A stretch of 63,871 nt of DNA, the filler included, from Reticulomyxa filosa (lineage: Eukaryota > Protista > Foraminifera): assembly GCA_000512085.1 (NCBI GenBank). It is 30 parts of 30 records of this genome, joined end to end, with 100 filler letters (N's around TTAATTAATTAA, not from the genome) between each part and the next. Parts side by side here need not be neighbours in the genome. Positions count along the whole stretch, not along the records: positions 49,976 to 52,075 come from ASPP01027216.1; positions 52,176 to 53,373 come from ASPP01029695.1; positions 53,474 to 58,220 come from ASPP01024704.1; positions 58,321 to 59,900 come from ASPP01033688.1; positions 60,001 to 61,000 come from ASPP01042667.1; positions 61,101 to 62,165 come from ASPP01027583.1; positions 62,266 to 63,871 come from ASPP01019462.1; 23 more parts are not named here. One strand, written 5' to 3'. Positions 50,364 to 62,720 of the stretch are shown here, one piece after another. The position numbers and the translations under genes are program-made. How positions within the stretch are numbered: position 1 is the first letter of the stretch; each line of letters starts with the position of its first letter. The notes under the pieces were generated by a model. It saw only the letters and a list, made by a program, of their open reading frames with translations, did no database searches and was not told where the DNA came from.

Positions 50364-51725
50364 TGTGTGGATCTTATATAACAACGTGAGAAAAGAGGTT
50401 GATCAAACAAGAGCAAGAACAAGAACAAAAAAAAAGTTTGGGTGGGGGGAAAAAAAAGAAATGAAAGAGAACCGAATAAGCTTAGGCACGTTAAAAGACA
50501 AAGCGAATAAAAAGACAATCTCGTCTCCCTTGTCCTCATGGAACATGAGCGTAATGAAAGGAAGCAAAGAGCGCCAACAAAAGAGAAGAAGAGAAGACGA
50601 AAAAGGAAGACGAAGAAGAAAAGAAAAGCACAGTGGTAATGAGTATGCACACGGTAAAATGCATTCATGGAAATATATAAATGAAAGTGCAAACGCAAAT
50701 AAGAATGATGAAGAAGAGAAAAAAAAGAATGAAGAAAAAAGTGTGATGATAGGAGAAGACAATTGCAAGATGGAGAAACATGAGCAAACGAAAAGACAAA
50801 AAGATGATGATGATAACAATGGTAATGGTAATGATAATGATAATGGTAATGGTGATAGTATTGTTGGTAATGGCAATGATAATGGTGATGACGGGACCAC
50901 ATCAATGTATTGGATCGAGCCCATGACTTCATGCGCAACGAGCAAATGGATTGGTTGCAACAACGACGGTGAAGATAGTTGTGGCAGTGATGAGATAAGA
51001 CATAATGGTGACAATCCAACCATTTCATCGTCATCGTCATCGTCATCGTCGTCATCGTTGTCATCGTCATTACCATCGTCTTTGTCATCTTCTCTTGGGA
51101 GTGCCGACGTCGACAATCCAATTCATGACCATGACACTAAGCATACACATCAATCGTCAAAACATCAAAATGACCTTTATTTAGATGAAGCGCTTGCTCA
51201 GCTCGCTTCTTCGCAAGGGTCTTCCATCTTTGAGTCTCCAGTTTTTTTTGTTTGTTTGTTCACTCAAAAAAAAAAACAAAAAAAACAAACTTTAGTTATT
51301 GTTATCATTATCACGTTTGTCTTTTTGTGTGTGTGTGTGTGCGTGTGTTTTGAAATAAAAAAAAAAAGGAAAGAAATCATCGAAAAGAGATAAAGTAATA
51401 GCGGAGATTGAGAGAATGGCGTGCGAGTGGGTGCAGATGGTGTCGCGTTCGAAAGGAATTGAGGACACCTCGCAGAAGGCATTTGTATGTAGCTATGGCT
51501 CATATTCATTGGGCGTACATTTGGACTCTTCTGATATTGATTTATTATGTATTGCGCCCGTTCACGTCACTTCGCATGACTTCTTCACTCATTTTCTTCA
51601 CTCTTTACAGTGCAATCCCAATATTTCCAATATTCTAGTTTCTTAATTGCAATTACATTATATATACATATATATATATATAAGTGTATAAATATATAAG
51701 TGTATATATATATGTATACACTTAA

Positions 51726-51756
<31 letters not shown>

Positions 51757-51961
51757 ATCGAATGGATAACTTAAATAAACCAAACAAACAATAATCAGAG
51801 TATTCCAACGGCATTTATCCCATTGTTAAAATTCACATATCAGGACATTGAAGTGGATATGGTGTTTGGACAATGGAACGAAGAAGTTATCGACCTGACC
51901 ACTTTTGATTTATCTGACGACTACATCTTTCCAAACAAGGAGTCCATCATGAGTGTCAACG
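50364..51961 (+). CDS. PAP: Canonical poly(A) polymerase (PAP/Pap1 family) N-terminal catalytic part with a long low-complexity N-terminal extension; partial
   Basis: IFESP, intron, KRDKVIAEI...YGSYSLGVHLDSSDIDLLCIAPVHV...DFF, intron 51638-51798, SIPTAFIPLLKF...IEVDMVF...SVNG. This contains the GS-x-DxD nucleotidyltransferase signature and the third Asp. Confidence 0.9.
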
Positions 51962-52221
51962 GTTTGGTTTTCATTTTCAATATTTTCACATATAAATAGA
52001 TGTACATGCAATTCAGCTCTATTCATAATGCATAAAAAAGGGAGGAGCGTTTGTGCAAAAAAAAAAAAAAAAAAANNNNNNNNNNNNNNNNNNNNNNNNN
52101 NNNNNNNNNNNNNNNNNNNTTAATTAATTAANNNNNNNNNNNNNNNNNNNNNNNNNNNNNNNNNNNNNNNNNNNNAAGTTTTTTTTTTTTTTAACCCCTT
52201 TTTTTAAAAAAAAAAAAAAGA

Positions 52222-52970
52222 ATGGGCGCAAACATTTGCAAAGCAAATCCAACAGCCAACTGCCACGATTACGGAACGAAGAGCGACGTGAACTGCAAAC
52301 CATTTATTCAAAAATACAAAGGCAAGACGCTGGAGTCGTGCGAGCTAATTGCGCGCGTTCGCTTTTCACAGATCAGTTTGCGATTTCGGTGGAACGGCCA
52401 AGACATGTGCAACCGCACGTCACGCTGTGTCAACTATGATCCCAACAACGCCAGTCTATGGAATCAATACTGGGATAAATGAAACGAGAAACCCAACTGG
52501 TCCAGCACCGGCATCCACATAGTCTTCCGATATTGATACCAAGTTTGCACATAATAAGACAAATACGCAAATTGGTTGGTAACATAATTTTTTTTTTTAA
52601 ATAAAATTTTTTTAAAATAAAAAATAAACCCATTTTTTTAAAAAAAATACAGTAAAATATTGGATTGTGATTTGCTGATTTTATCAGCGAAGATTTGATA
52701 GTGTGGATTCAAGTGGCAGCGCTGTCGAAATTTCGTAAGCTGCATCGCGTGACTCGCAAACAGGACTTGTCGAAAGGAGATACTGCGACAGTGACAACAA
52801 TAACGTGCTTCCCAGTGGACCGCTTCCACTGCAAAAAATCCATCGGCTTGGGCACTACCACCTGGACCGGCATGGAAAACTATTATCTAGCTGAGCCTTG
52901 GTCTCTTTCACTGTTGCTTGCTTCGCTCTCGTCTTGATTCTCGGCGTGCTCTTATTCGGCACAAGGTGCT
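52222..52970 (+). pseudogene. Cys-containing extracellular protein with a C-terminal transmembrane helix; frameshifted fragment
   Basis: Cys-rich ORF 52222-52482, a later exon, and hydrophobic VSFTVACFALVLILGVLLFG. Frame breaks between parts. Confidence 0.35.
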
Positions 52971-53473
52971 GTTACAATATATATATATTAATATATATGT
53001 ATATATGTATTGCTGTTCTTTTCTTTTCCATGACATCAATACTATTATATACATATATAGAAAACTTGCGGAAGTTAATAGACCAAGATCGACTGCATTG
53101 GCCTCTCTTAATGTTGTCGGTTGATCTTGTCCAAAGTGTCACCATTTTTTTCGAGTTTCAATTTTTGATCAATTTCATGTGGTCAATTCAACTCCTTTTC
53201 TCAAATTCTTTTTTTTCTTTTAAATTTGAGTCGACATGTTTTACTTAATTCAGCTATCATCATTGTTGTAACAATTCTAGTTGTGATTTTTCTTTTGCAT
53301 GCCTTGATTGTTCCTTCGTTTGTCTTGTCCGTATTCACTTTAAACAAAAAAAATGTTCTTTTGATAAAGTTTCNNNNNNNNNNNNNNNNNNNNNNNNNNN
53401 NNNNNNNNNNNNNNNNNTTAATTAATTAANNNNNNNNNNNNNNNNNNNNNNNNNNNNNNNNNNNNNNNNNNNN

Positions 53474-53864
53474 TGGATCAAATGGATTAATGAATACAAT
53501 ATTATCTGGATCAAATGATAAAAGTGTTCGTTTGTGTGATATTCGATCTGGTGAACAAATTCAAGTATTCAATGGACATACAAATACTATATGGGCTGTT
53601 GAATATTCACCATTTGTGATAAAGAATAGCAGTGGTAATTCAAATGTGATATGTTCTGGATCATTAGATAATACAATTCGTTTTTGGGATATTCGATCAA
53701 ATAAGAATGAATTGTTTATGATCAAAGGAGATGATAGAGAAGATTGTGGAATATTATGTATTAAATTTATTGAATTGAAAAAGAAGGAGAAAACAAAGAA
53801 TATTACATATGATTTGAATTTGTGTTATGGTTCAAATAATGGTCCCATTCGTATTTATGGATAA
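53474..53864 (+). CDS. WD40-repeat protein, C-terminal fragment
   Basis: ILSGSNDKSVRLCDIR, FNGHTNTIWAVEYSP and ICSGSLDNTIRFWDIR; ends GPIRIYG*. Confidence 0.92.
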
Positions 53865-55479
53865 TTTTACTGTTTTGTCAAATAAAAAAATGAAAATGTT
53901 TTTGTTTTAAAAAAAAGTAATCTGGTATTAAACTTGTTTGGTTTGATTTTACTTGGTTGTTTAAAAAATTTGAAAAAGTTGCATTCAATGTTTTTAAAAA
54001 GAATTGAAAAGCATAATTAATGAAAACTACATTTTGAAGAGAATTAGGTTGTATTTTTGTGATCTTATAAAACTTTATTCAAATCAATAGTCAATAATGT
54101 AAGAATATTATTAAAAGATTACAACAGTTTTCATTTGGCATTGCATGAACACATTTTTTTATCAAAATAAAATAAAATATTCTTTCCATTTTCCATTCGA
54201 TAACATATATGAAATATTTTTATATACATTTGTCATTTTTTAAATTGTAAATAAAACAATTTAAACACGGCAAGATAATACATTGGCTGTTGCATAAAAG
54301 TCACGCTGAACGAAAGATAATCAATAATACATAGGTAAACAATAAATAAACCATCACAAACAGTGTCAAATTGAAAAAATAAGCAAATTACATCAGTGAA
54401 TTTGAATCCAATATAACACTGATTTCGATTTTCATTCAAAGGTATGTATGATAACATTGTTTCAAAATTATCACAATTTCTTGAGTTTATTGTCTATTGA
54501 TTTTTAAAATATTTTTGTTACTAAATTTATTTTGATGACGTTGGTAACTCATTTGATCTGAAATGCCCCTGGTGCAAGAATAACAATAATATATGTGTCT
54601 CAGATTGTATGTATATGCATGCGCATACAAATTTAAATATACCATCCGTTGGTTAAGGTGCAGATTTGTTTTGTTTTGTTTGTGGAGGCAGTGTTGAGAA
54701 CCATAAATATCTTATATCTTATCTTGATCAATCAAATGAGAACTTGACAGCGTATCAAACTTACTGTAAACTGATGGCGCCTTCCATTATCTTTTAGAGT
54801 TTTTTTTTCGCTCCTCCCCTGTTTCTTTTAAACAAAAAATAGCCATTTTTCTTTGAAAAATTGTAAAAAAAATCAAGAAAGTGGTTAAATAGTTGGATAT
54901 TTTGATTACAATTGAATGAAAAACAACAAGAAAAAACATAACGGATAACAAGTTTATCAAAATCAAATGTAATATGTAATACTCGAATCCAATGTTGTAT
55001 TCATCACAAAGCACATTTAATAAAACTGATATCTGAAAATTTGAAATGAAGTTTACCAGTGCCAGATATGTTAGTAATTTTTTTTTATTAGTCATTCTTT
55101 TTTTTGATTAACTTTTTCTCTCATGAAATAAGAAATTAAACAATGTCTTGATCTTTTTTTCAAATTTTTCAAAAGCTTCATTTTAGTTTAAGAAGCTGCC
55201 CAGCCACTGTCATAACATTCAACAAGAGAAAAAGCTTTCAGTTTGTTCACTTTATTTTCTTTTTCATGTAATAGAACATACTATTCATCTTTTTTGTTTG
55301 CTTTATCTTTTTTAAGCAAAAAAAAAACAGTCTTGTTTGTGTACAAATGAAGCCAAGAGATTAATTATTTTAAATGAAATAAAATAAAAATATTGATCTA
55401 TCTATTTTGATTTTTTTTTAGTAGTAGAGATAGCAAGAAAAAATAGTATCGCTTACATTTCAATTAGATTTTTTTTTGT

Positions 55480-56420
55480 TTGTTTTTGGAGTAGTTTTTT
55501 TTTTTTTTGAAGAAAAAATCATAGTAGAAAACGAGTTTTTTTTCAATAATCAACAAAAAAATTCTTGCTAAGTTTTTGAATCTTACTTGCTACCATTCTA
55601 TGGAAATAATCTTATTTCAATAACAACAACAACAACTTTTGATCTTTTTGTTTGCATCAAATAGATAAAACATCAATATGTCTTGCGCTAATTAATGTTT
55701 TAAAAATATTTTATTCTTTTTGAGACATTTTTATTTCCAAGTGCGAGTTGTTGTTAATTGGAAAACGAATCATCTTTATTTTTTTGGGAAAACCAGAGTA
55801 GATTTAATTTTTGTTATCTATTTTTTCCAACCAAAAAATATTTGTACTTATTCTTTTTTTAAAAAGATTATCCAATATACAAACTAATACAAGTGGAACA
55901 ACAGAGATCTCAAAACAATATATTTATTTTCAATATTTCTTTCATATTTGATATTTCAACTAGTTTAATATTTTACATTAAAGCTTTCCATCAAGTTTTT
56001 TTTTTTGGAAGAAAAAATCAGAGTAGAAAACGAGTTGTTTTTTTAATCAACAAAAAAATTCTTGCTAATTTTTTGAATACTTTCTCCAAATCTATGGAAA
56101 TAACTTATTTAACAATAAAAATGAATCATCATTTGTTTTTTTTTGGAAAACCAGAGTATTTTTGTCGTCCATTTTTTCCAAGCAAAAATATTTGTGCTTA
56201 TTCTTTTTTTTTGAAAAGAGTATTGTGATTAATAATCAATATACAAATCAATGATGGAACGTGTATAATATTAGTTTCATATTTGATGTTTCAACTGGTT
56301 CAATATCTTACTCAAACTTTCCGTCAAGTTTTTTTTTTGTTTGTTTTTGGAGTAGATTTTTTTTGGAAGAAAAATTAGAGTAAAAAACGAGATTTTTTTC
56401 AATAGTCAATAAAAAAGTCT
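55480..56420 (+). repeat. Three degenerate direct repeats
   Basis: GAAGAAAAAATCA(T/G)AGTAGAAAACGAG-like blocks at about 55510, 56010 and 56367. GGAAAACCAGAGTA...CAAAAATATTTGT at about 55790 and 56145. Confidence 0.7.
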
Positions 56421-56871
56421 TGATAAATTTAATCATCCTTATTTCTCTAACTGACATAAGATATTTGATTAATATTTTATCTATTAGATTCAAATAAAAA
56501 GATCAAAAATCATTGTTATTGAAATATGATTATTTTTATTGATGAATACTATAAAAACATTAACCCTTTATCATTTTTTCATTTTTTAATGATAGATAAT
56601 ATTCAATTATGTTTTAACGTCATATGTGAAATAATATGTTGAGATAGCAAACGTATGTTGTATGAATCCAGCAATTGAAAAAACATAGAATTATTCATCA
56701 TTAAAATTGTAATGACTAAACTTGAAATATATTTACTTATACGAGTGAAAAGGAGATAAGAAATTTCTTATCACTGAAAAAAAAACATTATAAATAAAAT
56801 TATTCAAGAATTTTTAAAGAAAAAAAACATAAAAAATTTCAAAATTTGAAAATAAAGATGATATAATGAAA

Positions 56872-58220
56872 TTATATGTCGATACTATTAAATGGCTTTG
56901 GATCGATTTTTTTGATATCATCTGGTTGCAATTTTTCTCCATAAATTGCAATTCTTCCTTTTCCACCTTTATTTGGCTCACTTTGATTCCCTCCAATGCA
57001 TTGGATAGTCCCAAAATCGTGAGGAAAAAAAGAACATTGCAACAATTTAATTAATATTGATCCTCCACTTCCACCTCCACTAACCATGCCTATATCTCCT
57101 CCATTGGATTGAATCGAGCCATAATTAAGCAATTGATGCTCAATTATTAATTCAATTATTCCACCACCACTTCCTCCGTAATCATTTTCACTTTCACGTC
57201 CACCTCCACTTCCAAAACAAATTTCTTTTTGCAAAGTCTCTTCTCCATATGTTGTCCCACCTTTTCCAACACCCAGGAATGTCTTAATGTCTCCTCCTTT
57301 TGTTCCATATCCACCACCACCACCCCATCCTCCAGCTCCACCTTTTCCAGGACCTTGATCCGAAGGATATCCCAATCCTGAACAATCAATAGTAGAGGAA
57401 GGATGTTTAATCCATAAATGACTAGCTTTGATTTTTAGATGTCCAAGTTCTTTTTTATCAATAGCTTTATCACAATTTACAGTTACTGTGATATATTCTC
57501 CAACTAAATATACTCCAAAATTGTAATTACACCATTTATTATTTTTTAATTTAACTTTGTAATCATTTACATTCACCAATAAAAAATCCACTCCATTTTC
57601 TAGGGTTGACCAAGAAACAATTGAAACCATTTCATTACAATCGTGGAATTTAGAAATCGTGCTATCTCGTTCACCGTCGCTATCTTCTACGTCTTCTTCC
57701 TCTTCCTCTTCTTCCTCTTTTTTTTCAATTTGTGCGTTAATATAAAGTAGAAGTTTTTGAATATTTGTATTTCGATTGTCTAACTTGAGTTTAATGTCTT
57801 TTTTGTATTCTTTGGATTGATCAGATTCATTTGGTGTTGTTTCAATATCATGTTGAGTAATACCCATTTTTAATTGTTGGATGTTATTTACTAATGCAAT
57901 TATTGTTTGAATTTTTTCCAGTAATTTATCTTTTAAATTGTCAATTTGTTCATTTTGCTGTTGTTTTAAATCATTAATAGTTTGATTCATTTCTGTTTTT
58001 AATTGTTGAATATCATTTGTCAATCCAATTATTTGCTGGTCTTTTTTCAATATCTCGGCTTTTACGTCATTCATTTGTGTCTGTTATTTTTTTTTTTTTT
58101 TAGCACATTTGAATTTTGTAAAAAAAAAAGCATTTGAAAAATGAAACTATTTACATTGAGCTCTTCAATTTGTTTGTTTTCATTCTCTTTCATCTTTTTG
58201 ATTTGCTTTTTATTTTCCAC
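56872..58220 (-). CDS. Coiled-coil protein with a C-terminal glycine-rich (GSGGG/GGGSGGSI) domain; 5' partial
   Basis: 400-aa ORF plus an upstream exon across the GT-AG intron at 58081-58154. Heptad-rich N-terminal half, an acidic linker, then GLGYP...GGGGYG...FGSGGG...GGGIIEL...GGGSGGSI...GGKGRIAIY. Confidence 0.88.
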
Positions 58221-58320
58221 NNNNNNNNNNNNNNNNNNNNNNNNNNNNNNNNNNNNNNNNNNNNTTAATTAATTAANNNNNNNNNNNNNNNNNNNNNNNN
58301 NNNNNNNNNNNNNNNNNNNN

Positions 58321-59900
58321 ATTCGAAATAATCTTGATTTTAAATTTACAAATATTGGATTTATATCATAAACTCTCTCTGCAATAAACTGAATAATTCC
58401 TAATTCTTCATTTAATAACTTGCGATTGATAGATAATTCTGGAGCATGCTGTTCAAATTGTTGTTGAAATTGTTGATTATCAACAATGACGGTATTAGGT
58501 TTCCATGAAATGATATCAAATATGATCTTTTGTGCAGCATAATATTCTTGACAGGATTTATGTAAAAATTGATATTTGTTATCACCAACTCTTCTCAATA
58601 CATATTTTGCAGTACTATCACCATTGAAATATTGGTTCCAAATATCATGTGTTTTTTCAGCAGATATTTTTGTATTGTCTATTTTTAGTTCTAATTTTTC
58701 ATCCAGATATTTGGTATCAGTTTCCATTTCTGGATCTAATTTACTCCAAATGTTATTATTTTCATATCCTTTATAATCATTTTCTGTTGCAACTTGATTC
58801 CCTTGAATAAACATTTCAAAAGCTAAATCTTGACAATATTGTTGAAATGCAAATTTGACTTTTTTGGGACTTGTTTGAATTCTTAATTCTGATAATTTAT
58901 TTACAACATTTTTTACATGTGCATCAATCCATTGTTCATTGAATGCTTCGTATACTTGTGCTTTGGATATTCTGGTTCCGATAGAATGTTGTCCCATTAA
59001 TGATGGCAACACAGTCAATATCATTCGAAGTAAAAATGGTTCTTCTATCATTTTATTTAAATTTGGATAATTTTTCAATGTTGTTTCATATTGTTGTATT
59101 GTCCAATCTAAATAATCATTCATTTTATTTTTTTTATTCATTTTCACAAATTTATCAATATATCCATTAATTTGTTCTCTCGAAAAAGGCCATAAATGTA
59201 TCATTGGTGTCATAATATTTTTTGAACCAATTAAAACTTGATCAATATCTTCATCATTTAATACAAGACTTCGACAACTAACAATCATTTTTGCATTCCA
59301 TTCATTTAAATTGAATCGATCGTAAAAATATTTTTCATTATTGTTATTTTTGTCATATTTGTCAAATATTTCGTCAAATCCATCTAAAATAAACACAAAT
59401 GATATATTTTCACGAATAACATCCATCATCTCTTTAGTAATTTGTTTCATCTGTAATGCTTGAGAAATGATTTGTTTTTCATTTAATTCATTATAACATT
59501 TTGGTAATGAAATATAAACAGGAATAGATGTTGTATAATCATTTACATATGATTCCCACAACGTTTCTTCTAAGTGACGACAGAATAAACTTTTTCCCGA
59601 TCCTGATTTTCCTTGTAATATTATCACTTTTTGTTGTTCATCTTTTTCTTCTTTTCTTTCTATCAATAAATCAATGACATGCTGATAACAATCATATGCA
59701 TTATTGTTTTTGTTATCGTCATTGTCAGTAAATGAATAATTGTTTGCTTGTAATGGTATATATGTTTCAAGAGCTTGTGACATTGTTATATCTTCTTCCA
59801 ATTCTTGTTTTCTTGATTCTTTTAGTAATGATATAACATCAGCACAACTTGCTGGATTCATTTCACCCATAATACATTTCTTGAAATATTCAAATAAAAT
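58321..59900 (-). CDS. NACHT-domain STAND NTPase (NLR-like), internal fragment
   Basis: Walker A LQGKSGSGKS, Walker B FVFILDGFDEI, sensor IVSCR, PFLL motif and winged-helix FLHKSCQEYYAA. More than 500 stop-free codons. Confidence 0.93.
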
Positions 59901-60729
59901 NNNNNNNNNNNNNNNNNNNNNNNNNNNNNNNNNNNNNNNNNNNNTTAATTAATTAANNNNNNNNNNNNNNNNNNNNNNNNNNNNNNNNNNNNNNNNNNNN
60001 TTTTTAAAACATTGTGAAAATAAGCAGTTTTTGATTGCTGAAACACTGGCTAGTGAACATAAAAAACTGGTTAAATAAAAATGAAAAAGTTGTAACAAAC
60101 GACAACTTTAGTCTTTTAAAAAACTAATTACGAGTTTTTTTATTGATAAGGCAATTACAATAAGAAAGCTGTGTAATTATTTTAAGTGAAGTAGAACTCA
60201 CAAAAAGCATTTGTTTAATAATATATTTTCTCGATTAATTATGAAATAGATGTGGAAGAAATGTTTAAAAACAAGCAGAAGCGTAAAATAAAAATAAAAA
60301 CAACAAAAAACAATATATCATTCAAATATCAGGTTTAAACTGAACGCGTTTCCTAGCAAATTTTCTTGGGTCAAAAACGAGTTACTTTTAACTAAAATTA
60401 ATAAAATGTGCAAAATTAAATTATTTTTAAACAAAACAAAATATACATTAATCTAAATTATTATTTTTGCTTAATAATAAATGTACAAATCCACCAATTT
60501 CAAAAACCAAACAACCAAATAATAGCACAAACAAAAAAACATAAAAGCAAAACGTATTGATTGCTCAATCAATATAGCAACACACTAAATTCAAACTAAA
60601 TCACAATCACATAAAACAAACAAAATACAATAATTTACACAAATTCATAAAAAAAAGTTCAAATCAAATAATTACACGCTAAACAAATAAAACCTAACAT
60701 CAACAAACAACTCTTGCCAGAAAAATTTA

Positions 60730-60841
60730 TAAAAAAAGAAAAAAAGGGAAAAAAGAAAAAGTAAAATTTTATGTCCGGCGTCGTTCTACGACGCCGGACA
60801 AAAAATATTACTTTTTCTTTTTTGTCTTTTTTTCTTTTTTT
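60730..60841. repeat. Near-perfect palindrome of about 112 bp with a GC-rich 13-bp core stem and 3-nt loop
   Basis: TGTCCGGCGTCGT (60772-60784), TCT, ACGACGCCGGACA (60788-60800). The purine-rich left arm and pyrimidine-rich right arm pair for about 40 more bp with few mismatches. Confidence 0.95.
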
Positions 60842-62265
60842 AAACGTTAAAAATGTCTAAGCATATTTCCAACTAGCCAATCTTATCTTATGGATATTTT
60901 AATTTTTTTTTTAAGAACATTTGTAAATGTTTTGATTTATTTTGAATTTAGCATAATATTTTGAACATTGGGTTTTTTTGCGTTGATCTGAAACAGAAAA
61001 NNNNNNNNNNNNNNNNNNNNNNNNNNNNNNNNNNNNNNNNNNNNTTAATTAATTAANNNNNNNNNNNNNNNNNNNNNNNNNNNNNNNNNNNNNNNNNNNN
61101 CATTCACATGACCTGCAGACAAAAGTGCATCTACGAACAGATGTTTCCACATGTTGCTAAATATCAATGGATATGTTGGATGTGCATTTCGATCTTTGGA
61201 AGGTTTTTCATTAAATATATAAGTTTTCATAACACCACTACCCTTATCGGAAGAACCTTTCAACCAATACATACTTTCTCGATAAGATATTGTGCATGTA
61301 GATAATGCATTAACATTGAATCATTTGTCACTGGATCACAGGCAATAACCAATACATTATGTCGAGTAAGAGAAAAAATTAGCTTCCTGAACAAAATCAC
61401 ACAAGTCTTTCAATCTCATTTCTGTCATTTGATTGTTATTTAATGTTTATTTTCCATCGATGTCATATACATTTGATAATTTTTCTGAAGTCTTGGATAC
61501 ATAACTAGATTGCGCTAAATCATTCCTTGTGATTACATACACTCCATCTTTGATTTTCATGACAAAATTGTTTCCCATTGGATAATCATGAGTGATTACT
61601 TTTGCCAATATATATGGATTAGCTTTGTCTGCACCTTCTCTTTTCAAAACATCCAACTATTTTGTTTTTGTCATTATGACACTCTTAGATAAAATAAAAT
61701 GAAAGTAAAAAAGGTAAGTCTTAACGATATCGACATATAAGATATAAAAGCGTGTCTTTCTCTTCCTTTATCATCAATAAAATGTTTGCAGTGCAGATTT
61801 TGTAACAAAAGACTCAAACACTTTTGAACAGTTTGGTTCAATTTGTTCTATCTTTTCATTTGTTATCATCACTTTCTTTTTTTTTTTCTTCAGCACTGTC
61901 ACTTTTTTTATTGTTGTCTGTTGTCACTTGTTTGATCAACAAACTGACATAAATGTATGTTTCTACAAATCCAACAAGTGACAAAATCTTTTTCAATTGG
62001 AGACGATCACAGAATCGAATTGTAATTGTTTTTTGTAATTTCTCAAATTTTTCTTTCCACAAAGGATCCAAACTAAATTGTTCTAATAAATTAGGAACCA
62101 AAGAAATACTTTTCGAATCGGCTCAAAAATACCACTGGAGTGTGCAATTCCAAATTTGTTGTCTANNNNNNNNNNNNNNNNNNNNNNNNNNNNNNNNNNN
62201 NNNNNNNNNTTAATTAATTAANNNNNNNNNNNNNNNNNNNNNNNNNNNNNNNNNNNNNNNNNNNN

Positions 62266-62720
62266 TTTTCAAATTGTATATCATTTAAAACGCAAACGAT
62301 GACCCATATTTGATGAACGCCGTCACTGGATACTTGTTCAATAATGAACACATAAATATATTGGAGAAATGATATGTGCGTGCAGTGTAGTACAGCTTTC
62401 ATGATTCGACGATATATTAGGTTGCCACTTTTGCTTTCATGTACTATAATCATCGATATTGCTACTGCTGACGTTGCTGTCACTATTTCCATTATTGCTG
62501 GGAACTCGCTGCAGCACAAATGGCGATGTAACAGCAAAAAATTGTTCATTCGTATTCCAAAATTTCATTGTTACACCTTGAAATATCTATTAAAAAATTT
62601 CGAGCAACACATATCACATACATACAAATAAATGATCAATATTACGTATAAAGATATTGTGTTGAATATGTATATAAAAAAGTACTTTTTTAAGCAATGG
62701 ATCCAATCACAATTACAACG
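62266..62720 (-). pseudogene. Decayed copy E of the multi-copy membrane-protein family
   Basis: GTTGCCACTTTTGCTTTCATGTA...ATCGATATTGCT...CAACACATATCACATACATA shared with about 711-910 and 40519-40720. Confidence 0.75.

Noticed and set aside
50270-51121. Long minus-strand ORFs (283 and 237 aa)
   Set aside because: They are antisense shadows of the triplet-repeat-rich plus-strand exon of the poly(A) polymerase gene.
51658-51760. (TA)n-rich self-complementary stretch as a structured RNA
   Set aside because: It is an intronic microsatellite, and the self-complementarity follows trivially from TA repeats.
1729-62265. Regularly recurring TTAATTAATTAA as a CRISPR-like or biological repeat
   Set aside because: It is always embedded in exactly 44+44 N, so it is an assembly concatenation linker. 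ORFs ending in XXX..LIN or N are linker read-through.
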